Shown: positions 37,850 through 46,670 of the stretch, piece after piece | How the letters are laid out: the number at the start of each line of letters is the position of its first letter | Position numbering within the stretch: the first letter of the stretch is position 1 | IMG/VR virus record: IMGVR_UViG_3300010376_000042 | Span: 1-53,606 of that record | DNA length: 53,606 nt | Source of the DNA: a virus | Taxonomy: Duplodnaviria > Caudoviricetes | Strand: one strand, 5' to 3' | Notes under the pieces: model-generated | The model's database searches: none | Seen by the model: only the letters and a program-made list of their open reading frames with translations | What the model was told of the DNA's origin: nothing | Translations under genes and position numbers: made by a program

Positions 37850-38750
37850 GGACCGCAAGGCCAAGATGCTGGAGCGCGTCCGCGCGTTGCTAGCCAAGGC
37901 CGATAGCACCGACCACCCCGGCGAGGCGGACGTGTTCCGCGCCAAGGCAGATGAACTGATGACCAAGTACGTCATCGAACAGTGGGAAGTGGACGAGGCG
38001 CAGGGCGCGGTCGGAGCGAGGCCCAAACCGGAGCGTCGTGACTACGACATGTCGTGGTACCAGGAGAACAGCCGCGCCGACGAGCTCTGGAAGCTGATGC
38101 AGGCCGTCGCACGCCACTGCCGCGTCAAGCTGATCTACTGGCGTGCAAGCGGGACCATCCCGGCGGTCGGCATACCGAGCGACCTGGACTGGTTCGACCT
38201 GTTGTTCACGCACCTGATGCTCCAGATGGGCAAGGGACTGGAACCGCACCCCAACCCCAACAAGCCTATGATCGAGAATTTGGTCACCATGAAGGAGGCC
38301 GGAATGAAGTGGGAGCGCATAGGCGAACTACTCATCAACGCCGGACAGCTGGAGCACTACGATCGCAACATGGGTGTCAAGTTCACCAAGCTGTACACGG
38401 AATACTGCTCGGAGCACGGGCGTGAGCGTCTGCGCACTACCCCAAGCGTGTACCAGCGCAGCTTCGCGCTCGGGTTCCTGGCGGAGATCAGGACCAGGCT
38501 CAAGCGGCAGGAGGAGTCACGCGGCACCGGCATGGAACTGGCGCTGCGCGACATCAAAGACGAGGTCGAGGGTGCAGCCGCCGACCTGTTCGGACCTGAT
38601 CCCGAACGCTACTCGGTAGAGCGCAGCGGCGTCGTCGACGAGAACGCGCACCGCGCAGGCATCGATGCAGGGCGCAAGGCTCGCATCAGCGCCAACCCCA
38701 ACGAGACGGTATCGTCTGAGGTACGCAGCAGGGGGGCGCTTGAGCCATGA
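37842..38750 (+). CDS. DUF2786-domain protein
   Basis: MLERVRALLAKADST..PGEA..FRAKADELMTKY; YQRSFALGF; AAGGAG RBS. Confidence 0.8.
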   Translation: MTEDRKAKMLERVRALLAKADSTDHPGEADVFRAKADELMTKYVIEQWEVDEAQGAVGARPKPERRDYDMSWYQENSRADELWKLMQAVARHCRVKLIYWRASGTIPAVGIPSDLDWFDLLFTHLMLQMGKGLEPHPNPNKPMIENLVTMKEAGMKWERIGELLINAGQLEHYDRNMGVKFTKLYTEYCSEHGRERLRTTPSVYQRSFALGFLAEIRTRLKRQEESRGTGMELALRDIKDEVEGAAADLFGPDPERYSVERSGVVDENAHRAGIDAGRKARISANPNETVSSEVRSRGALEP

Positions 38751-38971
38751 GCGGCGACCGCACAAGCCAAGCGTCTACGCTGCCGTTCTGGATCACGGCG
38801 CAGGGCGAAGGTGGCACCCTGCGCATCACGTGCCCGCGCTGCGGCGGCAAGGCTCTCGTCAACAAGAAGAAGTGGCTGACCTACCGCAGCGAGGAAGGCC
38901 GCACGTTCATAGGACGTAGCTGCACATACTGTTTCAAGACCGCACAGATACCGGAGGCAATGCGAAAGTAG
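38747..38971 (+). CDS. Zinc-ribbon protein
   Basis: CPRC...CTYC; ATGA coupling. Confidence 0.65.
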   Translation: MSGDRTSQASTLPFWITAQGEGGTLRITCPRCGGKALVNKKKWLTYRSEEGRTFIGRSCTYCFKTAQIPEAMRK

Positions 38972-39004
38972 TACGTTCGTTTAGCATCCCCTATCGTGAA
39001 GATT

Positions 39005-39030
39005 TCGCGCTATAGTATCTATCATGAACA
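39005..39030 (+). promoter_or_regulatory. Leaderless promoter P2 (26 bp identical to 40981-41006)
   Basis: TCGCGCTATAGTATCTATCATGAACA; -10 TATAGT 7 nt before ATG. Confidence 0.75.
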
Positions 39031-39155
39031 GCAAACTGAAACTCACCAAGCAGCAAGCAGCCACGTTCTACCGTAGCGTACTGGCCGAAGCTGAAGACGA
39101 GCGCCGCAAGCGCGACCAGGAATTTGACAGGGCGCTCGGAGAGGGTAGGCGATAG
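39024..39155 (+). CDS. 43 aa leaderless early microprotein
   Basis: MNSKLKLTKQQAATFYRSVLAEAEDERRKRDQEFDRALGEGRR; starts at the P2 TSS. Confidence 0.65.
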   Translation: MNSKLKLTKQQAATFYRSVLAEAEDERRKRDQEFDRALGEGRR

Positions 39156-39157
39156 CA

Positions 39158-39484
39158 ATGAAGGCAGTCATCTTGGCGCTGGTGTTGTTGGCGATCCCGT
39201 CGACGGCGCAAGCGCACCCATGGCACACCTGCAAGCCGGTAGCGGCCAACGAGCGCACCGTGGCAACCAACGTGGCGTGCTGGTACGCAGGCGAACTCGC
39301 GTTGGGTGCGCGTGAACAGCTGAGTAACGTGCATTGGCATGGGCAGACCTTCAAGCTGTATCGCTTCACCTGTAAGGCACTCAATACTTTCGACAGCAAC
39401 GGTAGCGGCACAACCTACACCTGGCATTTCAACTGCGAACGTGGCCACAAGTTCGTGAACTTCGAATGGAGGTTCCGGCAATGA
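39158..39484 (+). CDS. Small secreted protein with four Cys
   Basis: Signal peptide MKAVILALVLLAIPSTAQA. Confidence 0.7.
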   Translation: MKAVILALVLLAIPSTAQAHPWHTCKPVAANERTVATNVACWYAGELALGAREQLSNVHWHGQTFKLYRFTCKALNTFDSNGSGTTYTWHFNCERGHKFVNFEWRFRQ

Positions 39485-39786
39485 AGCCGACACCGTACAC
39501 CTGCCTACGCTGCCGCGTTCCGGTCAACGGTGAACCAGTACGACCGCGCACAGCACTGATCCTGGGCTTGGGATACTTCCTGTGGCCCAAGTCCCGTCGA
39601 CGTTGCGAGCACTGTGGCACCCACCTGCCGCGCCTGCGCGGCGGTCGCATGGGCGAACGCCGAGCCAGTAACCTGACCTACATCATGCGCGGCATGAAGT
39701 GGCGCTGCGAGAAGAACGGCCACCTGCTTGACCCCAACAAGCATGCGACCTGCCCTATTGACCGCAGCCCATGTAGCTGGCAATAG
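39481..39786 (+). CDS. Zinc-finger protein with central hydrophobic segment
   Basis: CLRC..CEHC and C...H...C motifs; ATGA coupling. Confidence 0.55.
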   Translation: MKPTPYTCLRCRVPVNGEPVRPRTALILGLGYFLWPKSRRRCEHCGTHLPRLRGGRMGERRASNLTYIMRGMKWRCEKNGHLLDPNKHATCPIDRSPCSWQ

Positions 39787-39802
39787 TGCGAAGCAAGTTA
39801 GA

Positions 39803-39831
39803 TTGACTTTCGTCGAAAAGTACGCTATAAT
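39803..39831 (+). promoter_or_regulatory. Near-consensus sigma70 promoter P3
   Basis: TTGACT-17 nt-TATAAT; ATG 9 nt downstream. Confidence 0.85.
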
Positions 39832-39840
39832 CACTCAGTC

Positions 39841-40110
39841 ATGAAACGCGAAGACAATGGCAAGATGAAAGAACGGATCGCGCGTATCGAACGTGTGGCC
39901 ACGCAGCACGGCGTAACGCTGCGCTCGCCTACCAAGCACACGCGCGAGTTCGACCTTACTGCGTTCCGCACCATCCGCTTCCGGTGCCAAGGCAAGGGCA
40001 CCATGAAGATCGAGGCGAGGCACAGCGGTGTGCTGGAGGCCGAAAGCGTGGCGCGCGACGATCGCGTGTCGGAACTGATCAGGAAGGCTGCTGAAAATGG
40101 CAACAGTTGA
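39841..40110 (+). CDS. Hypothetical early protein
   Basis: 89 aa, directly after P3. Confidence 0.65.
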   Translation: MKREDNGKMKERIARIERVATQHGVTLRSPTKHTREFDLTAFRTIRFRCQGKGTMKIEARHSGVLEAESVARDDRVSELIRKAAENGNS

Positions 40111-40702
40111 GGACATCGAGCTACACGGTGGGCACACGCTCAGTGTTGAGCCGGATTCGCATGGCGTGACGTTCTACGTTGTGCATGGGACCTCTCGTGT
40201 TTACACAGTCGAGGTCAAGGCACCCCTTAGCCGCAGGCGCTACCGCGAGTGGGACCCGCACTACGACGACCCGGAGTACGGTGTCGTGGGCATCGGCTAC
40301 GGGCGCAGTATCAACCCTAGCGCGGCGGTCGCTCTCAGCGAAACCATCGCTGTGGCCGCCGACTTCTGTGCGCGGCTCAACGACCAGTGCGCCGAAGGCT
40401 TGGCGTGGCAGGAGTACCAGCGACGTGAGATCGTAGAGGTTGAGGAGAAAAGGCGTGCGGAGGAAGCTGCCCTGCGCGCAGAGATCCAGGAGCAGATCCA
40501 GTGGTACGTCGGGCAGAAGTTCAAGCTCAAGCGCAAAGGCTACAAGGCCACCGTGTTCGGCGTAATCGACCGCGTGAGCACCACGACGATATACACCACC
40601 AGCGAGCGCGGCGTGAGTATGACCACCGAGATCAGCGACCTGACCGAGCTCCACATCATGTACGACGGTGAGAAGCGTTACACGAAGGTGTTCCCGTCAT
40701 GA
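40097..40702 (+). CDS. Hypothetical early protein
   Basis: 201 aa; C-terminal SH3/Sm-like beta pattern. Confidence 0.7.
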   Translation: MATVEDIELHGGHTLSVEPDSHGVTFYVVHGTSRVYTVEVKAPLSRRRYREWDPHYDDPEYGVVGIGYGRSINPSAAVALSETIAVAADFCARLNDQCAEGLAWQEYQRREIVEVEEKRRAEEAALRAEIQEQIQWYVGQKFKLKRKGYKATVFGVIDRVSTTTIYTTSERGVSMTTEISDLTELHIMYDGEKRYTKVFPS

Positions 40703-40959
40703 ACTACCCCGAAGCCGTACATAAGTGGTGGGAACTCAACAAGGGCAAGACGTTCAAGCGACCCAAAGGTCGTAAGACCTACACCGTGATGCCGGAGCAT
40801 GAACCACAGCCCATCAGCCCTGGCGGTGGCTATGGCTATGGCATTCGTTGCCTGCGCAAGCCAGAAGACCCGATCGGTGGCAACGAGCCGCTGATACCGT
40901 ACAACACCCTGCGCGCCATGGTCCTGGCCGACGACGAGGATCAGATAAAGATTTTCTAA
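40699..40959 (+). CDS. Hypothetical early protein
   Basis: 86 aa, ATGA coupling. Confidence 0.65.
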   Translation: MNYPEAVHKWWELNKGKTFKRPKGRKTYTVMPEHEPQPISPGGGYGYGIRCLRKPEDPIGGNEPLIPYNTLRAMVLADDEDQIKIF

Positions 40960-40962
40960 AGA

Positions 40963-40992
40963 TTGGATTTTCGCGAAGAATCGCGCTATAGT
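40963..40992 (+). promoter_or_regulatory. Leaderless promoter P4
   Basis: TTGGAT-18 nt-TATAGT; 26 bp identity with P2. Confidence 0.75.
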
Positions 40993-40999
40993 ATCTATC

Positions 41000-41128
41000 A
41001 TGAACACTACAACGAAATGCAAACACTGCTTCTGTAAAAGCAAGACTGTGGAGGTCGATGCCTATGGCACCGAAATCAAGCGTGTATTCTTCTGCTGTTG
41101 GTGCGAAGAGGAGCGTAAGAAATCATGA
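41000..41128 (+). CDS. 42 aa leaderless Cys-rich microprotein
   Basis: MNTTTKCKHCFCKSKTVEVDAYGTEIKRVFFCCWCEEERKKS; ATGA overlap with helicase. Confidence 0.65.
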   Translation: MNTTTKCKHCFCKSKTVEVDAYGTEIKRVFFCCWCEEERKKS

Positions 41129-43077
41129 ACTGCACGGCTGAGATAGGCGAAACTAACGCAGGCAAGCGCATCGAGGTCACGTTCCCCTACGATCCCAACG
41201 CTGTCAAGGCGATCAAGGCAGTACCTGGAGCGCGCTTTGTCCCCAAGGACAAGGGTGGCCCGCTGTGGCGGCTGCCGCTGGACCTGACTAGCGGTCGGCT
41301 ACTGCGCGAGGAGTTCAAAGATGGGCTGACGCTCGGACCCAAGCTGCGCAAGTGGGGCGTCATCGCGGTTCGCAAGGAGACCAACCTCAAGCACCTGAGT
41401 GTGGCGGACGACGCTGAGCTTCACGTCATACCCAAGCGCCTACCGCTTATTGCGCGCGCTATAGCGGGCGAGCCACTCGGAGACGTGCTTGACCTACCAC
41501 CAGGCCATATCCTGGCGGAGGAGCGCCCTGCGCGCCCGTTTCAGCGGGCCGATATAGCCTTCCTGGCGCAAACCGACGCCATCAACTCCAACGAGCCGGG
41601 TAGCGGCAAGACGCTAGAGTGCATCGCAGCAATCTTCGAGGCCGAATTGGACAACGGTCCACAGCTGGTGATCGCGCCTAAGACCAGTCTTGAAACCGTT
41701 TGGCAGACCGAACTGGAACGCTGGCAGCCGCACCCCGTCCTGCTCACTAGCGGTGACGACACCAAGAAGCGTCGCGAAGCCGTCATCGAGGAAGCGTGGC
41801 AACTGACCGGCGAAGGCAAATCATTCTTCCTGGTGATCAACCCGCACATGATCCGTATGGAGCGCGACCGCACAGCGCAGCCAATCAACGAAGGCGGCAA
41901 ACTGGTGCTGCCGTTGATCCCAGTCTACTCAGAGCTCTTCAACATCCCCTGGCAAGTGGTGATCGTTGATGAGTATCACAAGGCCGGTATGACCAACCCG
42001 CGCAGCCTGATGTATCGCAGCGTCAAGGAGTTGATGTACGAGAAGCTACTGCCGATGAGCGGCACGCCTATGGGTGGCAAGCCGTTGAAGCTGTGGGCGA
42101 TGCTGCACCTGCTCGACCCCGACCGCTTCACTAGCAAGTGGACCTGGGCTGGTGAGTGGCTGGAGATCAGCGAGCACGAATACGAAAAGGAAGGCACGGC
42201 GCAGGTCAGCCAGGTGATCGAAGGCATCCGCAAGGAGCGTGAGGCCGCGTTCTTCGAAGAGCACGCGCCGTACCTGCTCCGCCGCACCAAGGCTGAGGTG
42301 CTGCCGCAGCTACCGCCCAAGCAGCGGATGCGCATCGCCTGTAAGATGACGCCAGCGCAACGCAAACAGTACGAGAGCATCGCAGCCGATGCCGAGATCA
42401 AGATCGAGACTGAGCACCTGAGCATCACGTCGGTGCTGGCGGAATACACGCGACTCAAGCAGTTCAGCGATGCCAAGCAGACCATCAAGCGCATGGCCAA
42501 CGGCGAGTTGAAGCTGACGCCGACGACCGAGTCCGGCAAGCTGCCGAAGCTGCTGGAACTGCTAAGTGACCGTGGCATCACGGGCGACGATTCCGCCGAA
42601 GGCGACGAACAAGTTGTGGTGTTTTCCCAGTATTCAAGCGTGATTGACATGCTTGAGGAATGGCTCAATAGCCAGGGTATAGAGACCGCCAAGATCACCG
42701 GCGCAGTAGGTAGGAAGGGCGAGCGTACCCGGCTACAGGAACAGTTCCAGAGCGACGACGGACCGCGCGTGATGTTGATGACTACCGGAGCAGGCGGCGT
42801 ATCTATCAACCTGGACCGCGCGTCGACGGTCATATTCATGGACGAGACCTGGGACCCGGACGACCAAACGCAGGCTGAGGACAGGGTGCACCGCGCTAGC
42901 AGGATTCACCAGGTGATGGTGTACTACCTGTACAGCGAGGATAGTTTGGAGGAATACATCAACCGCGTGACCGCAGGTAAGAAGCTGACCAACGACCAGA
43001 TACTTGATGTCCATCGCATGATGATGGCCAAGGTGATCAAAGATGAAACCGCTGCACTCAGCACCCTTACGAAGTAA
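41125..43077 (+). CDS. SNF2-family (SF2) helicase/ATPase with N-terminal HARP-like domain
   Basis: EPGSGKT, VDEYH, SGTP, RRTK, VVFSQY, GVSINL, QAEDRVHR. Confidence 0.9.
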   Translation: MNCTAEIGETNAGKRIEVTFPYDPNAVKAIKAVPGARFVPKDKGGPLWRLPLDLTSGRLLREEFKDGLTLGPKLRKWGVIAVRKETNLKHLSVADDAELHVIPKRLPLIARAIAGEPLGDVLDLPPGHILAEERPARPFQRADIAFLAQTDAINSNEPGSGKTLECIAAIFEAELDNGPQLVIAPKTSLETVWQTELERWQPHPVLLTSGDDTKKRREAVIEEAWQLTGEGKSFFLVINPHMIRMERDRTAQPINEGGKLVLPLIPVYSELFNIPWQVVIVDEYHKAGMTNPRSLMYRSVKELMYEKLLPMSGTPMGGKPLKLWAMLHLLDPDRFTSKWTWAGEWLEISEHEYEKEGTAQVSQVIEGIRKEREAAFFEEHAPYLLRRTKAEVLPQLPPKQRMRIACKMTPAQRKQYESIAADAEIKIETEHLSITSVLAEYTRLKQFSDAKQTIKRMANGELKLTPTTESGKLPKLLELLSDRGITGDDSAEGDEQVVVFSQYSSVIDMLEEWLNSQGIETAKITGAVGRKGERTRLQEQFQSDDGPRVMLMTTGAGGVSINLDRASTVIFMDETWDPDDQTQAEDRVHRASRIHQVMVYYLYSEDSLEEYINRVTAGKKLTNDQILDVHRMMMAKVIKDETAALSTLTK

Positions 43078-43324
43078 GGGTGCTGGCCTGGTGGCCTACG
43101 CGAGCGCCTGCGCTAGCGCGCCCGATCCCCTATGCGCCCGAGGCGGTAGGTTGTTTAGTCGTCAGTTGTCACGCTCGTTCGCGCTACCCTCGATCGGGTA
43201 CGGGATCGCGTACTCGCGCGATCGGGAGTTGCAGCGCAGGGGTAGTGGCTGTGGCGGCTCGGGCGCGCGGGGGATCGGGAGGGCTGAGCAAGTTAGAAAC
43301 AAAGTTAGAACGCCAAGCGTGGCA

Positions 43325-43338
43325 AAGTACGCTACACT
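43325..43338 (+). promoter_or_regulatory. Promoter P5 (extended -10)
   Basis: AAGTACGC-TACACT, same upstream octamer as P1 and P3. Confidence 0.6.
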
Positions 43339-43343
43339 TGTGC

Positions 43344-43472
43344 GGCTGCTGGGCACCTCACCAATAGTGTTGGTAGCCGAGCAGCCTCCGGCCTTGCAGC
43401 TGGAGAGGCTCAGCAGCCACCCGCTGACCGCCGCCCTGCGCTCCCACACCGGAGCCGCAGGGCGGCGGAGCG
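43344..43472 (+). ncRNA. Candidate structured leader / small RNA
   Basis: Starts at the predicted P5 TSS; alternative 11 bp helices and a perfect 13 bp stem (43428-43440 with 43456-43468). Confidence 0.55.
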
Positions 43473-43529
43473 ACCGGCAAGGGGAGCCGTGGAGACCAAA
43501 TCTACAATCTACAGGAGAACTGCTGAGCC

Positions 43530-44678
43530 GTGGTTGCTGTTGCTGACCTCGACGTACCCCTGTTGCGCACAAGCGAGCGCACTGAGTGGAACCGCTGCCG
43601 GTGGGCGTGGGACAAGGCATACGTGCAGTGCATCAAGCCTGCGACAGCGTCGCCACCGCTGCGCTTTGGCACCCTGGTGCATCGCAGCTTGGAGCGCTAC
43701 TACAAGAAGGGCACCAAGCGCGGCACGCACCCTGCGCTGACCTTCGCCAAGCTGTACACGGCGGAGTTGCGCGAACAGGAAGCAATCGGCTTCCGCGATG
43801 AGGACGGCACCTGGAACGACGCCGCCACACTAGGCGAGGCGATGCTCAACGGCTACATTGAGCACTATGGCGCGGATGAGCGCTGGCAGGTGCTCGCCAC
43901 TGAGATGCCGTTCCAGGTGCCCGTGTATCATCCGCGTACCGGCAAGCTGTGGTTCTACTATGTCGGCATCATTGACTTGGTGATCAAGGATCGGGAGACA
44001 GACTTCGTGGGGTTGGTTGACCACAAGACTACGAAGGAAGACCCGACCAAGGTCGATTACCTCAACCTCGACGAGCAGGCCGGAGCGTACTGGCGTTATG
44101 GGCGGCAGGCGCTGTATGACTCCGGCCTGCTGAGGCAGGACCGCGAGTTGAACGGCATCATGTTCAACTTCCTGCTCAAGAAAATGCCCGATGACCGTCC
44201 GCAGAATGAGGAAGGCTACTACCTCAACCAGCCGTCTAAGGAAGCGCTGATTGAGTTTGCCGCTAGCTATTCAATGCGCGCCAAACCCAAGCCACGCTAC
44301 ACGGCGCAGGAACTCAAGAAGAAGACGGTGGCCGAACTGATCAAGCTTGTCGGCCCTGATAGGGCGGCGCAGTTGGGCGAGGTCAGCAAGAACCAGCCTG
44401 GGCCGCTGTTCTATCGCGCCCCGGTGTGGCGGAACGACGCCGAAGGTGACCATGTACACGAGCGTGTGTTGGAGCAGATGCGCGAGATGCAGCTAGCGCG
44501 GCGCGGCAAGCTAGCCAAGTACAAGGCACCTGGCAAGATGGTATGCGGTATGTGTGGCTTTCGTGACATGTGCGAACTGCATGAGAGCGGCACCGACTGG
44601 GAAAGTCTGCGCGACGCCACCATGCTGCCATGGGACCCGTATGAGGAGCACGAGATATACGCGGGGTCAACCTCATGA
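43530..44678 (+). CDS. PD-(D/E)XK exonuclease, Cas4/RecB-like
   Basis: RTSER..W.RC, FGTLVH, TEMPF, GIIDLV, VDHKT, Q...Y, CGMCGFRDMC. Confidence 0.88.
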   Translation: MVAVADLDVPLLRTSERTEWNRCRWAWDKAYVQCIKPATASPPLRFGTLVHRSLERYYKKGTKRGTHPALTFAKLYTAELREQEAIGFRDEDGTWNDAATLGEAMLNGYIEHYGADERWQVLATEMPFQVPVYHPRTGKLWFYYVGIIDLVIKDRETDFVGLVDHKTTKEDPTKVDYLNLDEQAGAYWRYGRQALYDSGLLRQDRELNGIMFNFLLKKMPDDRPQNEEGYYLNQPSKEALIEFAASYSMRAKPKPRYTAQELKKKTVAELIKLVGPDRAAQLGEVSKNQPGPLFYRAPVWRNDAEGDHVHERVLEQMREMQLARRGKLAKYKAPGKMVCGMCGFRDMCELHESGTDWESLRDATMLPWDPYEEHEIYAGSTS

Positions 44679-44893
44679 ACGATTCGAAGCAGGGGGGCAA
44701 GCCACACCAGACCGTAGGCGTGATGCAGATGGAACTGCATTGCGGATGCTGCCCGATGTGCGTGATGCGCAGCGGCGGCATGGCCCCATACATCACGATG
44801 GCCATGGTCGAGGCCAAGCAACTGCCCGACGGCAGCCTGATGGTCGACCCAACCCAGGAGCCGGAACCCGTAGGAATGTTGGTGATGAACTGA
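44675..44893 (+). CDS. Small Cys-containing hypothetical protein
   Basis: HCGCCPMC; ATGA coupling. Confidence 0.5.
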   Translation: MNDSKQGGKPHQTVGVMQMELHCGCCPMCVMRSGGMAPYITMAMVEAKQLPDGSLMVDPTQEPEPVGMLVMN

Positions 44894-45057
44894 TGCGTTG
44901 TGAGCAGAGCAGCGGTGAGGGATTCGACCTTGCCAATGACCAGGCTGCTCTGCTCAGAGCGCATCAGGTCCGTCGCCTCCGGCGCACTAGCGATAAGAGC
45001 GGTTGCCGTCCGTCTCGTCACACAGGTCAGAGATTCGGGCAAGCGCGCTCTCGGACC
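44890..45057 (+). ncRNA. Candidate structured RNA (two domains)
   Basis: 24 bp stem 44890-44913 with 44944-44967 (1 GU, 1 mismatch), then nested helices GTCCG/CGGAC, GAGCG/CGCTC, TTGCC/GGCAA, TCTC/GAGA. Confidence 0.55.
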
Positions 45058-45073
45058 CTAAACCGGAGGACAC

Positions 45074-45847
45074 ATGCCTAAGCACCCCGCAATCCGCAAG
45101 CTCACGCCGACAGGCAAGGCTAACCTGATGCTGTTCGGTCCCTACGGCTGCGGCAAGACGACGCTGATCGGCGAACACGCTAGCACGCTGATCGTGCGGC
45201 CACCTACGGATCACACCGACGCGGCGGTGCGCGCAGGCAGCAAGGCGGATGAGTGGGTGGTAGAGAAATGGGAGGACATGGATGAAGTTGAGGAGTTCGC
45301 CCGTCACAACCCCACCGAGTATGACTGGATCTGGCTGGACTCGATCTCGCTATTCCAGGATCATGGGCTGGAGGACATCATGGCGGCGGTTGAACTTGCC
45401 AAGCCGCACCGTAAGAACGGTCCCATAGACCAGGGCGAATACGCAGCCAACTTCAACCGGATCAAGAAGTGGTGCCGCCACATGGTGGGCATCCCCGGAT
45501 TCAACTTTGGCGTCACGGCCCATCCTGCGGAAATCGCAGACAACCTGGGCAACGTCAAGCTGCGCCCCTGGGTGCAGGGCAAGAACATGAGCTTCACGAT
45601 ATGCGGCATGATGAACATTGTCGCATACATGGAGGTCGTCCAACCCAAAGGCGACGGCAAGCCTCGCCGCGTACTGCGCCTAGCAGAAACGGACGACTAT
45701 GAGGCGAAGGACCAGCTACACATCGGCACGAATTTCCGCATGGTCGATCCGACCATGGCGAAGATTATGGCCGCTCTACCAAGCCAGCCGCGCAGCAGCG
45801 GCCGGACCACCAAGCGGCCACAGCGCCGCGTAGCAAGGAGGAAGTAG
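45074..45847 (+). CDS. AAA_24 / Sak4-like recombination ATPase
   Basis: GPYGCGKT, IWLDSIS, TAH, AKD; lies between exonuclease and SSB genes; GGAGG RBS. Confidence 0.85.
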   Translation: MPKHPAIRKLTPTGKANLMLFGPYGCGKTTLIGEHASTLIVRPPTDHTDAAVRAGSKADEWVVEKWEDMDEVEEFARHNPTEYDWIWLDSISLFQDHGLEDIMAAVELAKPHRKNGPIDQGEYAANFNRIKKWCRHMVGIPGFNFGVTAHPAEIADNLGNVKLRPWVQGKNMSFTICGMMNIVAYMEVVQPKGDGKPRRVLRLAETDDYEAKDQLHIGTNFRMVDPTMAKIMAALPSQPRSSGRTTKRPQRRVARRK

Positions 45848-45851
45848 CGCA

Positions 45852-46670
45852 GTGGCAAGAATCAAGTTCGACGTCAAGGGTGTAGCGCCAGCCCAAGACA
45901 CCAGCACGCCGATTCCAAAGGGCATGTACAAGTGCACCGTGGAGACGTGCTTGGTGGCCAAGCCGGAGGGTAAGGACCAGCGTATCGAGGTTGTCTACGT
46001 GATTGCCGATGGCGACCACAAGGGGCGCAAGCTCTTCGATTATCTCAACCTGGAGAGCGAACAGCCGTTCGCGCAGTCACGTGTGCGACAGTTCCTCGAA
46101 GCGTTCGGGATCGTGACCGCCAAGAAGGAGGCGGGTACGTTCGATCCGGAGAAGCTCGTCGGCGAGGACTGCAACGTGCGCGTTGCACACCAGACCGGGC
46201 AGGCGGGCACGCAGTGGGAGGGCCAGATCCAGTCTCGCGTCGGCGGCGTGTTCGCGCTCGGCGAGGACGAGGCTGAGGACGAGGACCTCGACGAGGACGA
46301 GGAGTCCGAGGATGAGGATGAGGGCGACGAGGACGAGGACGACGAGGATGAGGTAGACCTCGACGAGCTCGACCGCGCCGAGCTCAAGAAGCTCATCAAG
46401 GATGAGGAGCTCGGCATCAAAGTCACTAAGAGCATGTCCGACGACGACGTCCGTAAGGCGATCGCCGAGGCCATGGGTGGCGATGAGGACGAGGACGAGG
46501 GCGAGGATGATGAGGACGACGAGGAGGACGTCGACTACAACGACCTCGACCTGGATGCGCTCAAGGCAACCTGCAAGGAGCGCGGCTTGTCGGTGAAGGG
46601 CAGCAAGAAGATCCTCGTGGCGCGGCTCGAGAAGGATGACGAGTCGAGCGATGACGGAGATCCGTTCTAG
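45852..46670 (+). CDS. DUF669-type single-stranded DNA-binding protein with acidic tail and SAP-like domain
   Basis: PIPKGMY, HKGRKLFDYL; Asp/Glu runs; LKATCKERGLSVKGSKKILVARL; ends DPF. Confidence 0.8.
   Translation: MARIKFDVKGVAPAQDTSTPIPKGMYKCTVETCLVAKPEGKDQRIEVVYVIADGDHKGRKLFDYLNLESEQPFAQSRVRQFLEAFGIVTAKKEAGTFDPEKLVGEDCNVRVAHQTGQAGTQWEGQIQSRVGGVFALGEDEAEDEDLDEDEESEDEDEGDEDEDDEDEVDLDELDRAELKKLIKDEELGIKVTKSMSDDDVRKAIAEAMGGDEDEDEGEDDEDDEEDVDYNDLDLDALKATCKERGLSVKGSKKILVARLEKDDESSDDGDPF

Noticed and set aside
43043-43546. 167 aa ORF spanning the helicase-nuclease gap
   Set aside because: Low-complexity Arg/Gly/Ser translation over palindromes, a promoter and RNA stems; better explained as non-coding
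43530-44678. Cas4-like gene as evidence of a CRISPR system
   Set aside because: No repeat-spacer array or other cas genes; the nuclease-ATPase-SSB context is a standard phage recombination module
44914-44943. tRNA gene suggested by the GATTCGA loop
   Set aside because: No cloverleaf, acceptor stem or anticodon arm could be built; no tRNA was recognised anywhere in the window
46260-46540. GAGGAC/GACGAG tandem repeats
   Set aside because: Simply encode the acidic linker of the SSB protein; likewise the GGC/GGT runs at 36360-36545 encode poly-Gly
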